Source of the DNA: Flaccisagitta enflata
Taxonomy: Eukaryota
Assembly: GCA_965153355.1 (NCBI GenBank)
Contig: OZ231126.1
Span: 21,576,001-21,640,000, forward strand
Direction of reading: 5' to 3'
DNA length: 64,000 nucleotides
Below are positions 1-14,563 of this stretch, piece by piece (the stretch's first letter is position 1; the number at the start of each line of letters is the position of its first letter). Both the position numbers and the translations under genes were made by a program. The notes beneath the pieces were generated by a model. It saw nothing but the letters and a program-made list of their open reading frames with translations. It was not told where the DNA came from and did not search any database.

Positions 1-879
1 AAGAATATTAGGTCTTTCTTTTTTTTCAAATCAGGGTTCGAGACTTTCTTTTCATGTTTGTTGGGAGAAGTTAACGAGTAACTCTGTACATCTGTCTTAA
101 TGGCCTGTAATTCCCCTTTCGACTCTTCTCCTTGGCAACCCCATAAAATGGGTCTTACTGTTCTCCGTCTAAAATCATCAAAAATATTCTAAGTCCGGGA
201 TTTTCTGACTAGCTATCTGTCTCTCTGAATTGATCTCTGACTTACCAGCAACTGTCACGGTTTAATTTCCTATCATTAGTCTGTCGATAGCCTCTTTTGA
301 CATGAAAACACCCCAGCCTTCCCACGAATGTCTCAGCATCCCCATACCACACCACGGAAACTGGAGGCTAAAATAAATTCCTTTTTTAATGAAACAAGAT
401 ATTTTTTGTACGATTGAGATTTTATTCAATAAACAGGAAGATGAACTTTAACAAAAGCAATGCGCGGTATGCAATGGCACAATTTTCTCCATTTGTCGGT
501 CTTTCTTGGTTCGTCTGTCTCTCTCTCTGCCCTGCCCACTCACACGCTACTGGGATAGCCGTGTATCCGGCCTTGATACCTATCCAATTTAACGCCTCAT
601 GTTAAATCAATATCTATACTACTTACTAGGTTTAAGGATAATGAAGTTTAATGGCGATTGGAATGTTAAAGCCATCCCTTGCTTAAAAGAGCATCTCCAC
701 AAATGACCTGTACGGAATACTGGGTTAAGAAATATTAGGACCTGTAATGCTGTTTGAGATGATGTTGAGAGGATGTTTCAGTGAAGTCCATTGTCCAATC
801 AAGGTCCCAGAGAAGAAATCGCCATGTTTTCTCCAGCCGTTGTTTCTCTGTGTTAGAAAAAAAGATTGATCATGTTTTT

Positions 880-1151
<272 letters not shown>

Positions 1152-1534
1152 CGGCGTGATTCTAGTGAAAATAAACAAGGCCAAGTAGGCCAATAAGGTG
1201 CGACGTGTGGATCGTCGAATGAATGCGTTACCAACCGACAGACCGACCGACACGCCGACGGACATAGCCAGTTATAGAGGTGCTTTGTCGCACCTAAAAA
1301 CGCGTTTCTTCCCGTTGAACGCGTTTACAGCATGAACACATACTTTTCAATTTCACTGTCCCAAGAGGGAGTGAGTAAAATGAGTGAGTGAGCCCGTGAA
1401 CGGAGCAAGATAAGCGAGCTGAGCAAAGCGAAGCGCTGCATAGTGAGTGAGCGCTGCATAGTGAGTGAGCGTTGCGAGCGAATGAACGTAACAAGCGGCC
1501 AATTTCAAACGCGATTGTCTCTGACTAGAAATTT

Positions 1535-1662
<128 letters not shown>

Positions 1663-2580
1663 TCTCTCTCTTTTTTTTTGTCACACAAACCTCGTCAGAA
1701 CTCGTCAATGCTCGCAAGCGTTTTCTGCCGCTTTTCCAAAACTGAAAATCAGCGGTTTTGCATTGCCGTTGCGTTTTTTGTCTCGTTGTTCATGATGAAG
1801 ATGCAGCCATGAACGTAGACGTTATTAAAGCTGTCATTAGCTGGAATAAAACATAATATCTTTGATCATTTTTCACTGCGAGTTACACGTGTACGCGTCT
1901 ACGCATTCCTCTCATGTGCATAAGCGAACCAACTGACAGAAAAAACGATGGAAGGCCAGATGGTTCGACATAGCAGGGTGCAGAGTTGTGTAGCACGGAA
2001 CTAAAAACTTGTTGCTTATTTAAAGATAACATTTCCATTGAACTTTAGCGTCCTCGCACATCAATAATAGGCCGAGTCTCCGCTAATCAATTCATCGGTT
2101 GGTTGATCGCAACTGTTACGTCTCAATGGCAAATCGTTAATCACGCAACAATAAAACTTGCTGTGTCAGTCGTTCGGTCTGTTGGTCCGTCCAAAACCAA
2201 AATAAAGTACGAGCATTTTTCTAGCTATTCCGCTCCTGCCCACCCATCTGCAACTGTGTACTTGGCATTTTTGTCAGTTGTGCTACCTCAACATTTTTCT
2301 TGTGATTGTCCAAGAGAGAATCTCCCACTCGTCGCAGTTCCAATCAATTTGACAATCCACGTCTTCATTGTGATTGATCTTGCTGGCGATAACTGATGGC
2401 AAATTAGTGGTGAAAATGTCCGTGCGGTCGTGGGCAGCACAAGGGATACTCGAGTTCGTGTTTTTTATCCAGTTAATAAGCTATAAGTTCCTAATTTTCA
2501 AAGGAAAGTCAAAGATACTTTGACCACCCCCACCGGCTAAAGATGTATAATTATGATTAATCAGTATTTCTTGGAAAAGG

Positions 2581-3155
2581 TACAGTAGATCTCATCTAGA
2601 CTTAAGATAACGGGGGCAAGCGTTAAGAAAAAAAAATTAAGAGGTTGATATTAAGAATATAAACTTTTAAAAAATGATTTATTCTCTATGATAATTAATT
2701 GCCATAGAAACTTATTTCCATGTTTTCCCGTTATAATAACAATATTTTTAAGGATTTTTTCAGAGAACATTGTTTAGAATCAAATTTGTCACAATTTTCT
2801 TGCAAAATATTCTGTTAGAATATGGCTGGTTTGGCCATTGCTAGGGAACATCATAGGACTGTCACACATGGAGCTTATCCATGTGTGGCAACCCTGTGAT
2901 GGTCCCTTGCAACAGCTACAGAATATGTTGAGGGGAAAGTTATTGCAAATTTGATTTGAAGCAGTGATCCCTCAAAAAAAATTCTCAAGATATTAATTTT
3001 CAGGAAGATTACATGGACATATATTTTTAGGGAAACTATCATAGGCAATAAGTCATACTTTCACAAGTTTATATTTAAAATATCAATTCCCTTACTTAAT
3101 TTATTTTTCCATAACACTTGCCCCTTTATCCCAAGTCTAGACGAGATATACTGTA
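2581..3155. mobile_element. TA-flanked MITE family B (CAGT termini, pogo/Tigger-like)
   Basis: TA-CAGTAGATCTCATCTAGACTT...AAGTCTAGACGAGATATACTG-TA with long imperfect inverted arms. Confidence 0.8.
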
Positions 3156-3988
3156 CTCTTAGGGGACATTTTTCTCATTTAGTCATTAATTACTAGTGCC
3201 TTTTATGACATGAAGTCATTAGGCTTTTTTTTTGGTCGCGTTCTAGGCGTCTCTAGTGCCTACCCGCACGCGAGTGGAGTAGCCGTGTAATTCGCCTTAT
3301 TCATTATAAAAATCTTAAGCTATTGAAAAGTGTAGAGATAACTAAAAGTAAATAAACAACTTCGTTCTTAATTTTGGAGTTATTATAAGCATTTCTTCGC
3401 TGTTGGTGGACTAATCATTGTCTTTCATGGGTCATGATGCGGAGGAATTGTTTTTTATTGTTGTTAGCAGAGTTTCGCTTTGTCAGTTGAGGGTGATGTG
3501 GCGTCGTGATTGTAGTTTCCATCTATGTTTACTCCATAGTTAATCCAATAACGGCGTATTAGGAAACTTATCTGGCCTTAAGATTTAGATACAGAATTAT
3601 TCCGCTTGAAAACAGTTTCTCCGGATTCCGTTCATTTGGGTTTTATTCCTCTTTCGACTTTCTGGCTTTTATTTAAAAAAATATCGCCTCTGAAAAAAGA
3701 GTCGCTGCTGCAGCACGCGATCTAAGATAGCTAAATCGCGAAACTAGGAGACTCGCCTATTACATTGTTTCTCTTCAGATGAGTTGGATTGCTCTTACGT
3801 ACGCCAATTTTTTTTCCAGGTCGATTGAATAGAGTTCTTTGTCCCCTTTTCTCATTGCACTGGCCATTTCCTGGCTCCCTTCCCTTAGACTGGTTCTTCC
3901 CATTAAGCGATAACATATTTGCATCACAAACAACCCAATGACGTCGGTCAGTCAAGATTTTTCGATTCTCTGGCTCCATGGATGCATC

Positions 3989-4045
<57 letters not shown>

Positions 4046-4764
4046 GACACAGACAGAGAGACTTTTTTTATCAGACACTCATTATATTTATAGATACACA
4101 TTTAAACACGAGTCAAAAATATGTAAACGTGTCCTTTCTATCATTTTGAACATGATTTGCTCGAACAATTGCATCTTCCCCATCATAGAAATTACCATGC
4201 AATCTGTTTAGTCGCCGCCTGCGCAATGTTGTAGGCGCCATTTTCTATTTCATATTCATTCCACCGTTGCCACCCTTTTTAGTCGCGTGCTATGCGACTC
4301 TGTCGGTTCGTCCGTCCGTCCTTCAGCCCGTCCGGCCATCGGTCGCTTATAACATATATTGATTTCCTAGCTATTGTCATTTTGGGGTTCCTTTGGGTCA
4401 ATTTCAACTTCAAGGTCCTGTTTAACTATTTGTCTTCTGCCCTTTTCCTTGTTGGTCCTCTTTTTTTTATTTGTATTAAAGATCTGACGCACGCGACGTC
4501 GTTCTAATGAATTCGTTCTCGCCCGATTTAAATGATCTTTTTTTCCCCTGTTCCCTCTTTCCTCTCTTTGTCATAGTTGTGGCGACAATATAATTATGAG
4601 ATTGATGCAATGCTGCCACATGTGACCAACCACGCCAATCCGCTTTGATGGATCCATTCTCCATCATCGTCGATTAGCGTTTATATGCAATCGTCCTCCA
4701 TAACGTTATATAAAACGGAGCCAGATACTAATTAATTACAGATACTAATTAATACAGGGTCACA

Positions 4765-4947
<183 letters not shown>

Positions 4948-5848
4948 TGCTTGAACCTAAAGCACGTGCTGTACTTTTCATACGGGTATTTCGTGAATGA
5001 TTTCTTCTTATTTTATCTTCCTCTTAACACGATCATCAAATCAAAATTTGAATTTTTAGCTTTGTGAGTAGCTTCAGGTATTTGCTAGTGAGAAAATGGA
5101 CATTTGCGTACTTGTGTTTGTTTGTTTGTTTTGTTTTTTTTTTTTTTGTACGAATTCAGCTCTTCCTCTTCTGTTTCTAGTAGCTATCTTCCTTCCCTCT
5201 CAGTACACGTGTGTCTGGCGGAACTCGCTAAGAATGGTTTCGACTGATGGACTGAGGGAGGAAATAACTTATCTAGCGTCTGCGTCACCACCTATCCCCC
5301 CTCCGCTCCTATCTAACTTTACCGAGCAATGTTGCCGTTGTGCCTATAAACTTCATCCCCCATCGGGGATATTCATCAACAAGCCCGTATAAACCTCGTG
5401 CAAACGAAGGTCTTTTTTTATATAAGGTCTTTAAGGAAGAAGACGAGAGGACGCCGACCAGACCTTATTCAATATTCATGCGTCTTGTCGTCTCGATCTT
5501 TGCTTGGTTAGTTGGTTCTAGGTACAAAAAGAAAAAGAGTGAAATAATGTTGTGAAGTATTTTCAAAAAAAGAATTCTTCGTACACGTAGGCACGTTGTT
5601 ATGAAGTAACGTGATACATGAGAGGTGAGGTATGAAATGACTTTTTTGTTCTCCAGCGCTAAACAACCCTCAGCGTAAGATGATCATTAGCTCTCTCGAC
5701 CCAACTTTCCTCCTTTAGTATTCTCCCTTTAATCTTTTCAACGTCGTGGGTACTCAGTTTTGCTTTTTTTTTTTTCAAAATTGCCTCTTTAATCTCTCTG
5801 TCTCTCTGTCCCTTTCTCTGTCTCAGCTTCTCTGTCTCTATCTCTTTC

Positions 5849-6037
<189 letters not shown>

Positions 6038-6267
6038 GGCTTTTTCTCGCCTTTTCTTCTTGTAATAGCGTTAGCGTTCGCTCATTTATGAAAATGGGTT
6101 TTTAAAAAAGTCACAGCAACGTAAATCAGAGCTCGTTTTTTTCTCAAACTTCCTCCTCTTTTTTACCCATCGGCACTCCTCAGCTTTTGTTTCTAACTCT
6201 CTCTCTTTCACTTTCTCTAGGCGCGAATGCATGTTCATGAAAGTTAAAGCACATATGAGAGAGAGTG

Positions 6268-6368
<101 letters not shown>

Positions 6369-7470
6369 CTGACTCCGATCCGCGTGTTCGTTTAAGAACA
6401 AAAAATGACAAATCGAAAAAAAAGAAGGAAAATAGTCTGCAGATGAGGGAAGCCAACGAAGTTGAAGGTGAGGTGAGGTTCTACGCCAGACGAACGCGGG
6501 GGACCAAACAGAACTTCAATGGACACAATCCATATACGGATGTAGAGAGAGGAGAGAACATGGGCTAATAGGGGAGAAGGGGAGGAATTGATTCTTAAGG
6601 CCTCTAAAACCCAATGGCTAGATAGAATAGAGTCTAACAATGTTTGTGAATTGGTTTTGCTCTTCTAGCTCAAAAAGTGACGTGGATTCACCATATCATT
6701 GCGGACCTCCATCCACACACCACCTCCCCCCTCCCAAGTCACCCCCACACGACACATACAGAAAACAAGGTCATTAGACCTTAGTCGCGTGCGTCGGCAC
6801 TTCCAAAAAAAGTTAGGCAGACAGACAGACAAACTTTTTTTTTCAAAAAGACATTTGTAATGGCTGTTTACTACTTTAAGTATCTTCTCCACTTTTCAGA
6901 AAACGCGATAAAAGGCCTTTAAAACGACTTTGTGACGAACTGACGGACCGACGGACCGACGGACCGACTGACCGACCAAAAAGTGGCTTATAGAGTCGCG
7001 TAGCACGTGACTAAAAATATCTAAAACGCTAGTTTTTCAATTTTTCAACTTGTGCTAATGGATGAATGGACCGACGGACGGAATGTTCAACAAACGGACG
7101 GACAAAGCCTCTTGGAGAGCTGCGTGTCCGCGACTAAAGAAAACTTCGTTTTACGGATATTACGGATATTAAGAATATAATTAAATTCGAAAATTCTCGT
7201 GGCCGAGCATCTGTTTTAAAAACATCTTTGAATTCGTAGCAAGCTAGGATGTTATCGAATTCTAAAAATAACGTGCCTCAGTAAAGTTCCTGGATTGCGA
7301 AAGTGAAAGTAAGAAAGGACTGTGAAAATTACTCATCGTCGCAATGCTCAGCTGAAAACCAAACTCCCATTTTTTTATGTTCGTAAAAGAACTCTTGGGT
7401 CAAGTTTGATTCAAATATTATTTCCAAAGGAATCATTTGTTTAGAGCGTGCCGAAACCATCACCGTAAAA

Positions 7471-7944
7471 ATGTGTTGCCGACAATGCCACGGCCCTTTC
7501 CCGAGTCTTAAGGCCGGACAGGTCATCGTGAACGGCCTCATTCAACTTTTCTCAACTCTCATCGCCGTCATCTGTATCGTCGTCATCCTGAGTTGCTTTA
7601 CCTTCCCACCTCTTCAAGTCATGGGCTTGTCTTTTATCACCGTCGGCTTCAGCGTCTCGTTTTTCATCGGCGGCATTCTGATGGTGTTGGCCGGTGCCAA
7701 AGGGAGTTATTGCTGCGCCGTCGCCGCCCTCGTCTTCGCCGTCTTTAACTTTTTCTTCGCCGTTTACAACTTCTTTTTCTTCTTTTGGGCTATGCGGACG
7801 CTTCCTTTAGACGAAGACTGCTCCGAATCCAGTTACGCGAAGTTGGTGTTTCTGGTCGCCGTCGTGAACTTGGCGACTTTGGCGCAGCTGTTCTCCGTAG
7901 TCTGGGCTTTGCCACTAGTTTCCAGAGCCATCTACTCAAGATAG
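7471..7944 (+). CDS. Four-transmembrane (MS4A/CD20- or tetraspan-like) membrane protein, 157 aa, single exon
   Basis: ATG in aaaATG context, coding-like GC-richer composition, four hydrophobic segments (VIVNGLIQLFSTLIAVICIVVILS; LSFITVGFSVSFFIGGILMVLAG; AVAALVFAVFNFFFAVYNFFFFFW; LVFLVAVVNLATLAQLFSVVWAL). The family assignment rests on topology only. Confidence 0.7.
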   Translation: MCCRQCHGPFPSLKAGQVIVNGLIQLFSTLIAVICIVVILSCFTFPPLQVMGLSFITVGFSVSFFIGGILMVLAGAKGSYCCAVAALVFAVFNFFFAVYNFFFFFWAMRTLPLDEDCSESSYAKLVFLVAVVNLATLAQLFSVVWALPLVSRAIYSR

Positions 7945-9548
7945 CGCGGTAATGGTCAGGACGGTGACGAAGAAACCCACCGTGATGTTCACTCACGTGA
8001 CAAATGGCTACTCCGATACTATTGGATGCTTCAATTAACAACGACGATCGTCTCCATTGTCAGTAATATCGTAATCCTCTTTATCGTCGAAGAGGGAGTT
8101 CGTAGTAGACTTCACGATCGAGGAGATCTCCATAAACACAAAATTGGAGACGTAATTAAACTAAGTAACAAAGAAACAAAGAAACAAAGAAACAAAAAAA
8201 AACAAAGAAACATAGAAACAAAAAGATCAAAGAAACAAAGAAACAAAGAAAAAAAAGAATCAAAGAATTAAAGAAATACAGAATCAGAATTTATGAAAAC
8301 TAAAGTATGAAAAAGATATCCTGCGCGCATCAAATTGGGAAAGTAAGAGCACCATTAAATGTATAATTTGTGCATCTTTAGTATGATTCGGTATCAAGAA
8401 GTGTCTTAATTTACGCCTAGCGGTGCTGAGAAAAATTAGAGCAAAACTAAGTACACTTTTTTTTTTTATAAGAACCAAGTTTATAAGAACGTTAGGCTTC
8501 AAAACGTTAAAAATTTAAGAACATGCTAAGAACATTGGAAGGCTTCATTTTTTCAAAAATTTAAGAACATTAGGCTTAAGATCTTAAAAATTTAAGAACA
8601 TTTTTTTTTCTGTGCTTTTCTTAATCGATTGTACCTTGTCAATGGATAGACTGTGTATCTTTTATATTGAGCAAATCATGTCTCACTTTAAATAGCGTAT
8701 ATTTTTCTACTTCCATTGATCTTAAAACACTTAAAACATTTAAATCTGCTAGTTTGTTGTTTCATTGATATTTTCCTTTATTTTCTCCTTTATGTCAAAC
8801 TTGAAACTAATTAAGAACATTCTTAATTGAAGGTTAAAAATGCGTTCAAATTAAGAACAATTTAAGAACGTTCAAGCCTTGAAACTGCTCAAAATTTAAG
8901 AACATTGAAGGCTTGCTCAAAAAATGACGTTCTTATAAAAAAAAAAAAAGTGTATTCTCTGTTCTTCCGACCTTTCCTTGCCATACTAGTTACCTCGGAT
9001 TCCGCGCATCGAAATTCGGCGAAAATTCGTCTCTCATTTCCTTCTCGCTTCTCAACACGCTCCAACTTGTTTTGACTCCGTGGAAAATCGCCGATTCTGC
9101 CGTGGCCATCGACGATCGGTACTCCATGGCCGTGATGGATTTAATCGTTAAGTCACCTTTTGAATACATCTACTAACTCGCCAAACACGGGTGCCGCTTC
9201 GAACCGGCGTTGGTCGTCTTCCGCTCTTTCAGCATCGTCGCCGCCGTCATCCATTTCCTCTCCACGATCTGGGGCATCGCCGCCTCCACCATCGCCATTC
9301 ATCGCGACAACGCCTGCAATTACGGACGAAGATGTTGCTGTTGCGGCGACGATTGCTGCTGTAATCCAGTTTGTTGTTGCGGCGTTGGTGGGTGCTGCAG
9401 TTGCGGGGAGGAGTAGGGAGAGGAGGAAAGACAACGAGGACGTGGACGAGGATGCTTTGATGATGACGCCGATGTTCGATTTTTCGTCGTGAAGGCGGCG
9501 ACGGCATCGGGAGAAGTGGTTGAATTGATCCCCGGCAGACGAAAATGA
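7945..9548 (+). pseudogene. Second, stop-interrupted four-TM unit in frame with and homologous to 7471-7944
   Basis: After the TAG the frame continues RGNGQDGDEETHRDVHSRDKWLLRYYWMLQLTTTIVSIVSNIVILFIV, which matches TM1 (LIQLFSTLIAVICIVVIL). A candidate exon from 8990 reads YLGFRASKFGENSSLISFSLLNTLQLVLTPWK...EYIY*LAKHGCRFEPALVVFRSFSIVAAVIHFLSTIWGIAASTIAIHRDNACNYGRRCCCCGDDCCC...GEE*GEEERQ...IPGRRK*. The TM2 exon and its junction are unresolved. Confidence 0.55.
8452..8954. mobile_element. TA-flanked MITE family A (Tc1/mariner-like)
   Basis: TA-CACTTTTTTTTTTTATAAGAAC...GTTCTTATAAAAAAAAAAAAAGTG-TA with internal AAGAAC motifs. Confidence 0.8.
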
Positions 9549-10418
9549 TTTGGTATTTAACTTTATCCCCGCCTATTAAGAGTCGCTGCCAGCAAGGGTG
9601 TAGCAATGAATTTGCTTGAGTACTCGAAAGGTATTCGACATGTGTCTAAAATTGACCAGAAATGAGGTTCGCTGAATCGTGGTCTTTTATCAGTCTGTGA
9701 CATGACACTATCGTAATTTGCCGCGTTTTTTCTCGCAAAAACACTGTAAGCAGGCCGCTGTTATGTGTCAATTTTAATTTTAGTTATGTGTCATCAGCTC
9801 AGTCAACATGTTTGAATAAAACATTGTTTTTATGTGAGCGCACTCTATTTTCGTATTTAGAAATTATGAGAGTGAAACAAGAAGTAATATTTTCTAATTT
9901 TTGACCAATTGGACCAGTCCGCATTTTTGATTTCTAAGATCAAAAGCATGACTGAAGAAAAATCTAACCGGTATGTCCATGAACGACTGGTCGTTATTTT
10001 CTCTCGCTCTGGTATTTCTAACTTCCTCAACTCATAGACCACCCCCAAATTGTACATCGTCATTCTCTCTCGTCTAAGATTCAAAGAAAGAGAATGGAAT
10101 TGGACCTTGTCAATGTCATGTTTTCCAAGCCTCAAAGACGGCGATAGATCATGATATCATAAATGATAAGGTCAAACTTGATCTGCGTCCTTTTCTTTCA
10201 TTTTGGCGGCCTCTATACCATCCGACACGTCAAAAAAAGCATTACCTTTAGAACTTTAGAAAGCTTCAACATATTGGGTCTATTTCATAAAGTTGTTTTT
10301 AAGCATTCATTTGCGAACAAACTGTGGTCAGTAGCTCAATTTGTTTAGGTGCGGCATGTTTCTGAAGTTGATACTTCTCTTCAGGTGTCCGTATATTCAC
10401 GAGCTAGATAGTAAAATA

Positions 10419-10496
<78 letters not shown>

Positions 10497-10720
10497 AGAG
10501 ATTAAATGTTTTCTTTTCCTTTTTTCCTCCCTCTTTTCTTTTCCCCTTTTGTATTCGTTTGATCGTCCTGGTTTCTCCTTCCCTTTTCTTTCTTCCCATT
10601 TCTCTTTCCTTTTGTCTTCTTTTGTGTGTGTGTGTGTGTTTTCCTTGGTCATGGATTTGGTTGCTCACTTCCTGTCGTGTCGCAGTTGCCGGATCTTCTT
10701 CCCTCTCTGTCCTTCTTCTC

Positions 10721-11614
10721 TTTTTTGGGCAGCGGCCCCAGAGGGGCCGATGACCTATGATTCCACATAGGGCAAATTTTCCGGTATCCGTCCGTCCGTC
10801 CGTCCATCCGTCCGTCCGTCTGTCCCCCCCCGGCCTAGAAAATAACCTCCTGGGCCTCAAAATAGGCCCTTCAGACCCCAAATCAGGCCTATCAGATCCT
10901 AAATCAGAGCTTCCAAACCCCAATCTAGGCCTCACAGGACCTCAATCAGGCCTCTTAGATCCCAAATCAGACCTTCCAGACCTCAATTTAGGCCTCTCAG
11001 AGCCTCAATCAGGCCTGTCAGACCCAAAGTCAGGCTTTCCAGACCTCAAGTTAGGCCTCCTGAATCCTAACCAGGCCTCTAAGAACCCCAATCAGGCCTT
11101 TCAGATCTAAAATCAGGCCTTGACAGACCCCTTATCAGGCCTTTTGAGCCACTGATCAGGCCATCCAGACCTCAAATCAGGCCTCTCAGACCCTAATTTA
11201 GGCATTTCAGTACTTAATTCAGTTCTCTCAGATCCAAATCTGGCCTTTCAAACCAAAAATCAGATCTTTAAGACCTCAAACTAGGCCTATCAGACCCACA
11301 TCAGCCCTTCCCAGCCTACAAACATGCCTCCGACCCTGAATTAGACCCAAGATCAGGCCTCTAAGCTCCAAAACAAGCTTCTGAAACCTCTCAGACCTCA
11401 AATCAGGCATCTTAGATCTTAAATCAGGCAACTAAGACCTCAAATCAGGCTATTTAGACCCAAAATTAGGTATCAAAGACCCAGCAATTGTACAGCATGC
11501 AATCATAGGTCATCGGCCCCTCCGGGGCCGCTGCCCCACTCATCATCTAATAACAAAATAAACCAACATAGGGGCATCGGGTACCGCTGACCATGTAACG
11601 CTTTTGCGACTATT
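10721..11614 (+). mobile_element. HINE-like family 2 with internal ~21-bp minisatellite
   Basis: 5' ttttGGGCAGCGGCCCC-aga-GGGGCCG, (GTCC)n, (CCTCAAATCAGGCCTCTCAGA)-like array, 3' GGGGCCGCTGCCC subTIR, terminal CGC-TTTT-GCG hairpin then TATT. Confidence 0.7.
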
Positions 11615-11769
11615 AACTTCGTTCTCTTTCATCTTCATTTTTTCTCTCCTTCCTTCCTCCTCTCTTCTTTTCATGTGTCTTTCTTTCCTTCATTTCTTGT
11701 TTTCCTATATCTCTGTTTCCGTGTAGCCCTTCTTCCTTGTTTCCTACCTTCTTTCCTTCTTTCCTTCCT

Positions 11770-11828
<59 letters not shown>

Positions 11829-11893
11829 AAAACTTTAACACAAACGGCTCACAAGCTGCATTTAACACCACGCTCTTACACCCCATAATCTGG

Positions 11894-12143
11894 AGTGAGA
11901 TTAAACCCCGGGGGTTGCTCGGGGTTGCTTGGGGTAGCTCGGGGTAGAACTCCAAGTAAACCCCAAGTAAACCTCGAGCAACCCAAGCTCGGGGTTGCTT
12001 GGAGTTGCATTGTTAGAAGCAATGACTTCACTACGACAAACAATAATATCAACCCCGAGCAACCCCAAGCAAACCCGAGCAACCCCAAGCAACCCCAAGC
12101 AAAACCCGAGCAATTCCGAGCAACCTCGGGGTTTAATCTCACT
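11894..12143. mobile_element. MITE-like element with 10-bp subterminal repeats
   Basis: AGTGAGATTAAACCCCG...CGGGGTTTAATCTCACT TIRs; internal GGGGTTGCTC/GCAACCCCAA repeats. Confidence 0.65.
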
Positions 12144-13021
12144 GTTTTACGTTACAGATTACCTGGTGTCTTACCTCCTTGTTGTAATCCACCCAATTCG
12201 TCTCACCTGTCTTTGCTTTCAGTCTGTTTCAGTCTTTCGTCGCCATCACGCTTCGGCTTTATCTTCTCTTAAAATGCTGTGAACATTTCCCCCTTTTTTG
12301 GGTCAATCTCTTCCAATCTTTTTCCCCCCTTCAGTCTTTCTCTTTCTCTTTCTCTTCCTCTTTCAACATCCTTGAAGTTAAGCCTTGAAATTAGCTTTCG
12401 ACGGTCTCGGGTTCGTTTTCTCTGGTGCAACCGACTGTACGAATTGCTTGAGCGGTTTGTCGGTATGTCCGACTGTCATTCGGTCAATCAGACTCTCTCT
12501 TTCTTGACTCGGCCTCAAGTAGCGTTCTCGACCTTACTAGTTACCCCGCGCATCACTCCTTGTTTCTCAAGTAGCAAATCGATCTGATTGCATCACTACC
12601 CCTGCCAAATGAGCAAAACAGCATCTGAATGAATAAACCTGCCCACCCACACGTGACCTATACCTGGAATTGAGCCTGTCCTTTATCCGGCCTTGTTCCT
12701 GTTTTCCTACTCCGCTCATCTTTCTCTCTCCTACCATTCCTGAAGCCATTAGATCGCTCTTCCCATTAACCGATTGGGTGACAGATAGGAATCATTTCCT
12801 TTTTTTTCTTCCTTTTTTCTTCTTTTGAAAATGAAGTCAACTTGTCTCATCTTTTCTAATTGTGTGTCGGTTGGTGTGGCTCTCAATGGTTATCTGGAGG
12901 ACAAATCTCGATCACGTCTGTTAAGTCCCTTTTAATTTAACAAGAGTGTCAATCAGCTTTAATCTCTTTTAAAGATGACTTCCTCTTCTCGAGGTAAAAG
13001 TGGGGAAATCATTAGAAACTC

Positions 13022-13748
<727 letters not shown>

Positions 13749-14378
13749 AAACAGCGACCGCCGGTAATCACATGACCTCACTCAACTCCGAATTCCCGGC
13801 CTTTTTTCAAACACTTCTCAACGCTTTGCCTTTGGTCCCGCCCACATTTGCCTTTACTCTGCCTTGTACTGGCTTTTCATCACTTTCTTTTTTTTTCTAC
13901 TCTTTTGTTTTCTTTTTTTGTCTTTTTTTTCTGTTTTGTTTTTTTCATTTTTTTCTCTATCATTTTTTTTTCTGTCTTTAGGTCTATCTATCTGTAAATC
14001 TTGCTGAATCTAGTGATTTGTGAGAAAATATCTTCATATAATTTGTTTTGTCATATTTGTCATATTTTGTATATCTTTTAATCGTGTGCAAGCGACTCTA
14101 CACCCCGCTTTGTTCGTCTGTCCGTCGGTCTGTCTGTCCGTCGGTCTGTCTGTTGGTCTGTCACACTTTTACTTTTTTTATCAATTTTTTTTTTTCTTAA
14201 GTCTATTTTCTTAAGTCAGTTTAAGTCCTTTTAGAGTATAATAAGTCATCCTAAGTCATTCTAAGTCATTCTAAATCATTCTAAGTCATTATGTAAGTCT
14301 CGCACGCGACTTATAGGTGTTGGCCTTGTTTTGCAATTTTGCTAATCTTTCTCTTTGTCAATTCTTTATGGCTGCTGT

Positions 14379-14449
<71 letters not shown>

Positions 14450-14563
14450 GGATGGCCAGTAACATGGGCAGAGAGGCACCATATTCATTTAGATTACTCC
14501 CACTCCGACCCATCTTCCTCAGTGACTAGAAGAGGAAGAGATAAAGGGTGGGGGTTCTGAGAA

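Noticed and set aside
7942-9416. Nuclear genetic-code reassignment of TAA/TAG, suggested by three in-frame TAR stops in the tetraspan locus
   Set aside because: The 1049-codon transposase and the other intact genes contain no internal TAR, and two genes end in TAA followed by AATAAA.
9153-9434. Minus-strand ORF with an acidic stretch and RR/KR sites resembling a prohormone
   Set aside because: It has no ATG or signal exon that I could find, and it is better explained as the antisense shadow of the plus-strand tetraspan-like segment.
10757-11110. Repetitive ORFs such as GLSDPKS, LSGLKSA and SSRVRL (also 44692, 52857, 57405, 59996)
   Set aside because: They are translations of minisatellites inside HINE-like elements.
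9857-12420. Coding-like minus-strand fragments at ~9860-10330 and ~12170-12420
   Set aside because: Multiple stops, no recognisable domain, and I could not assemble a gene model.
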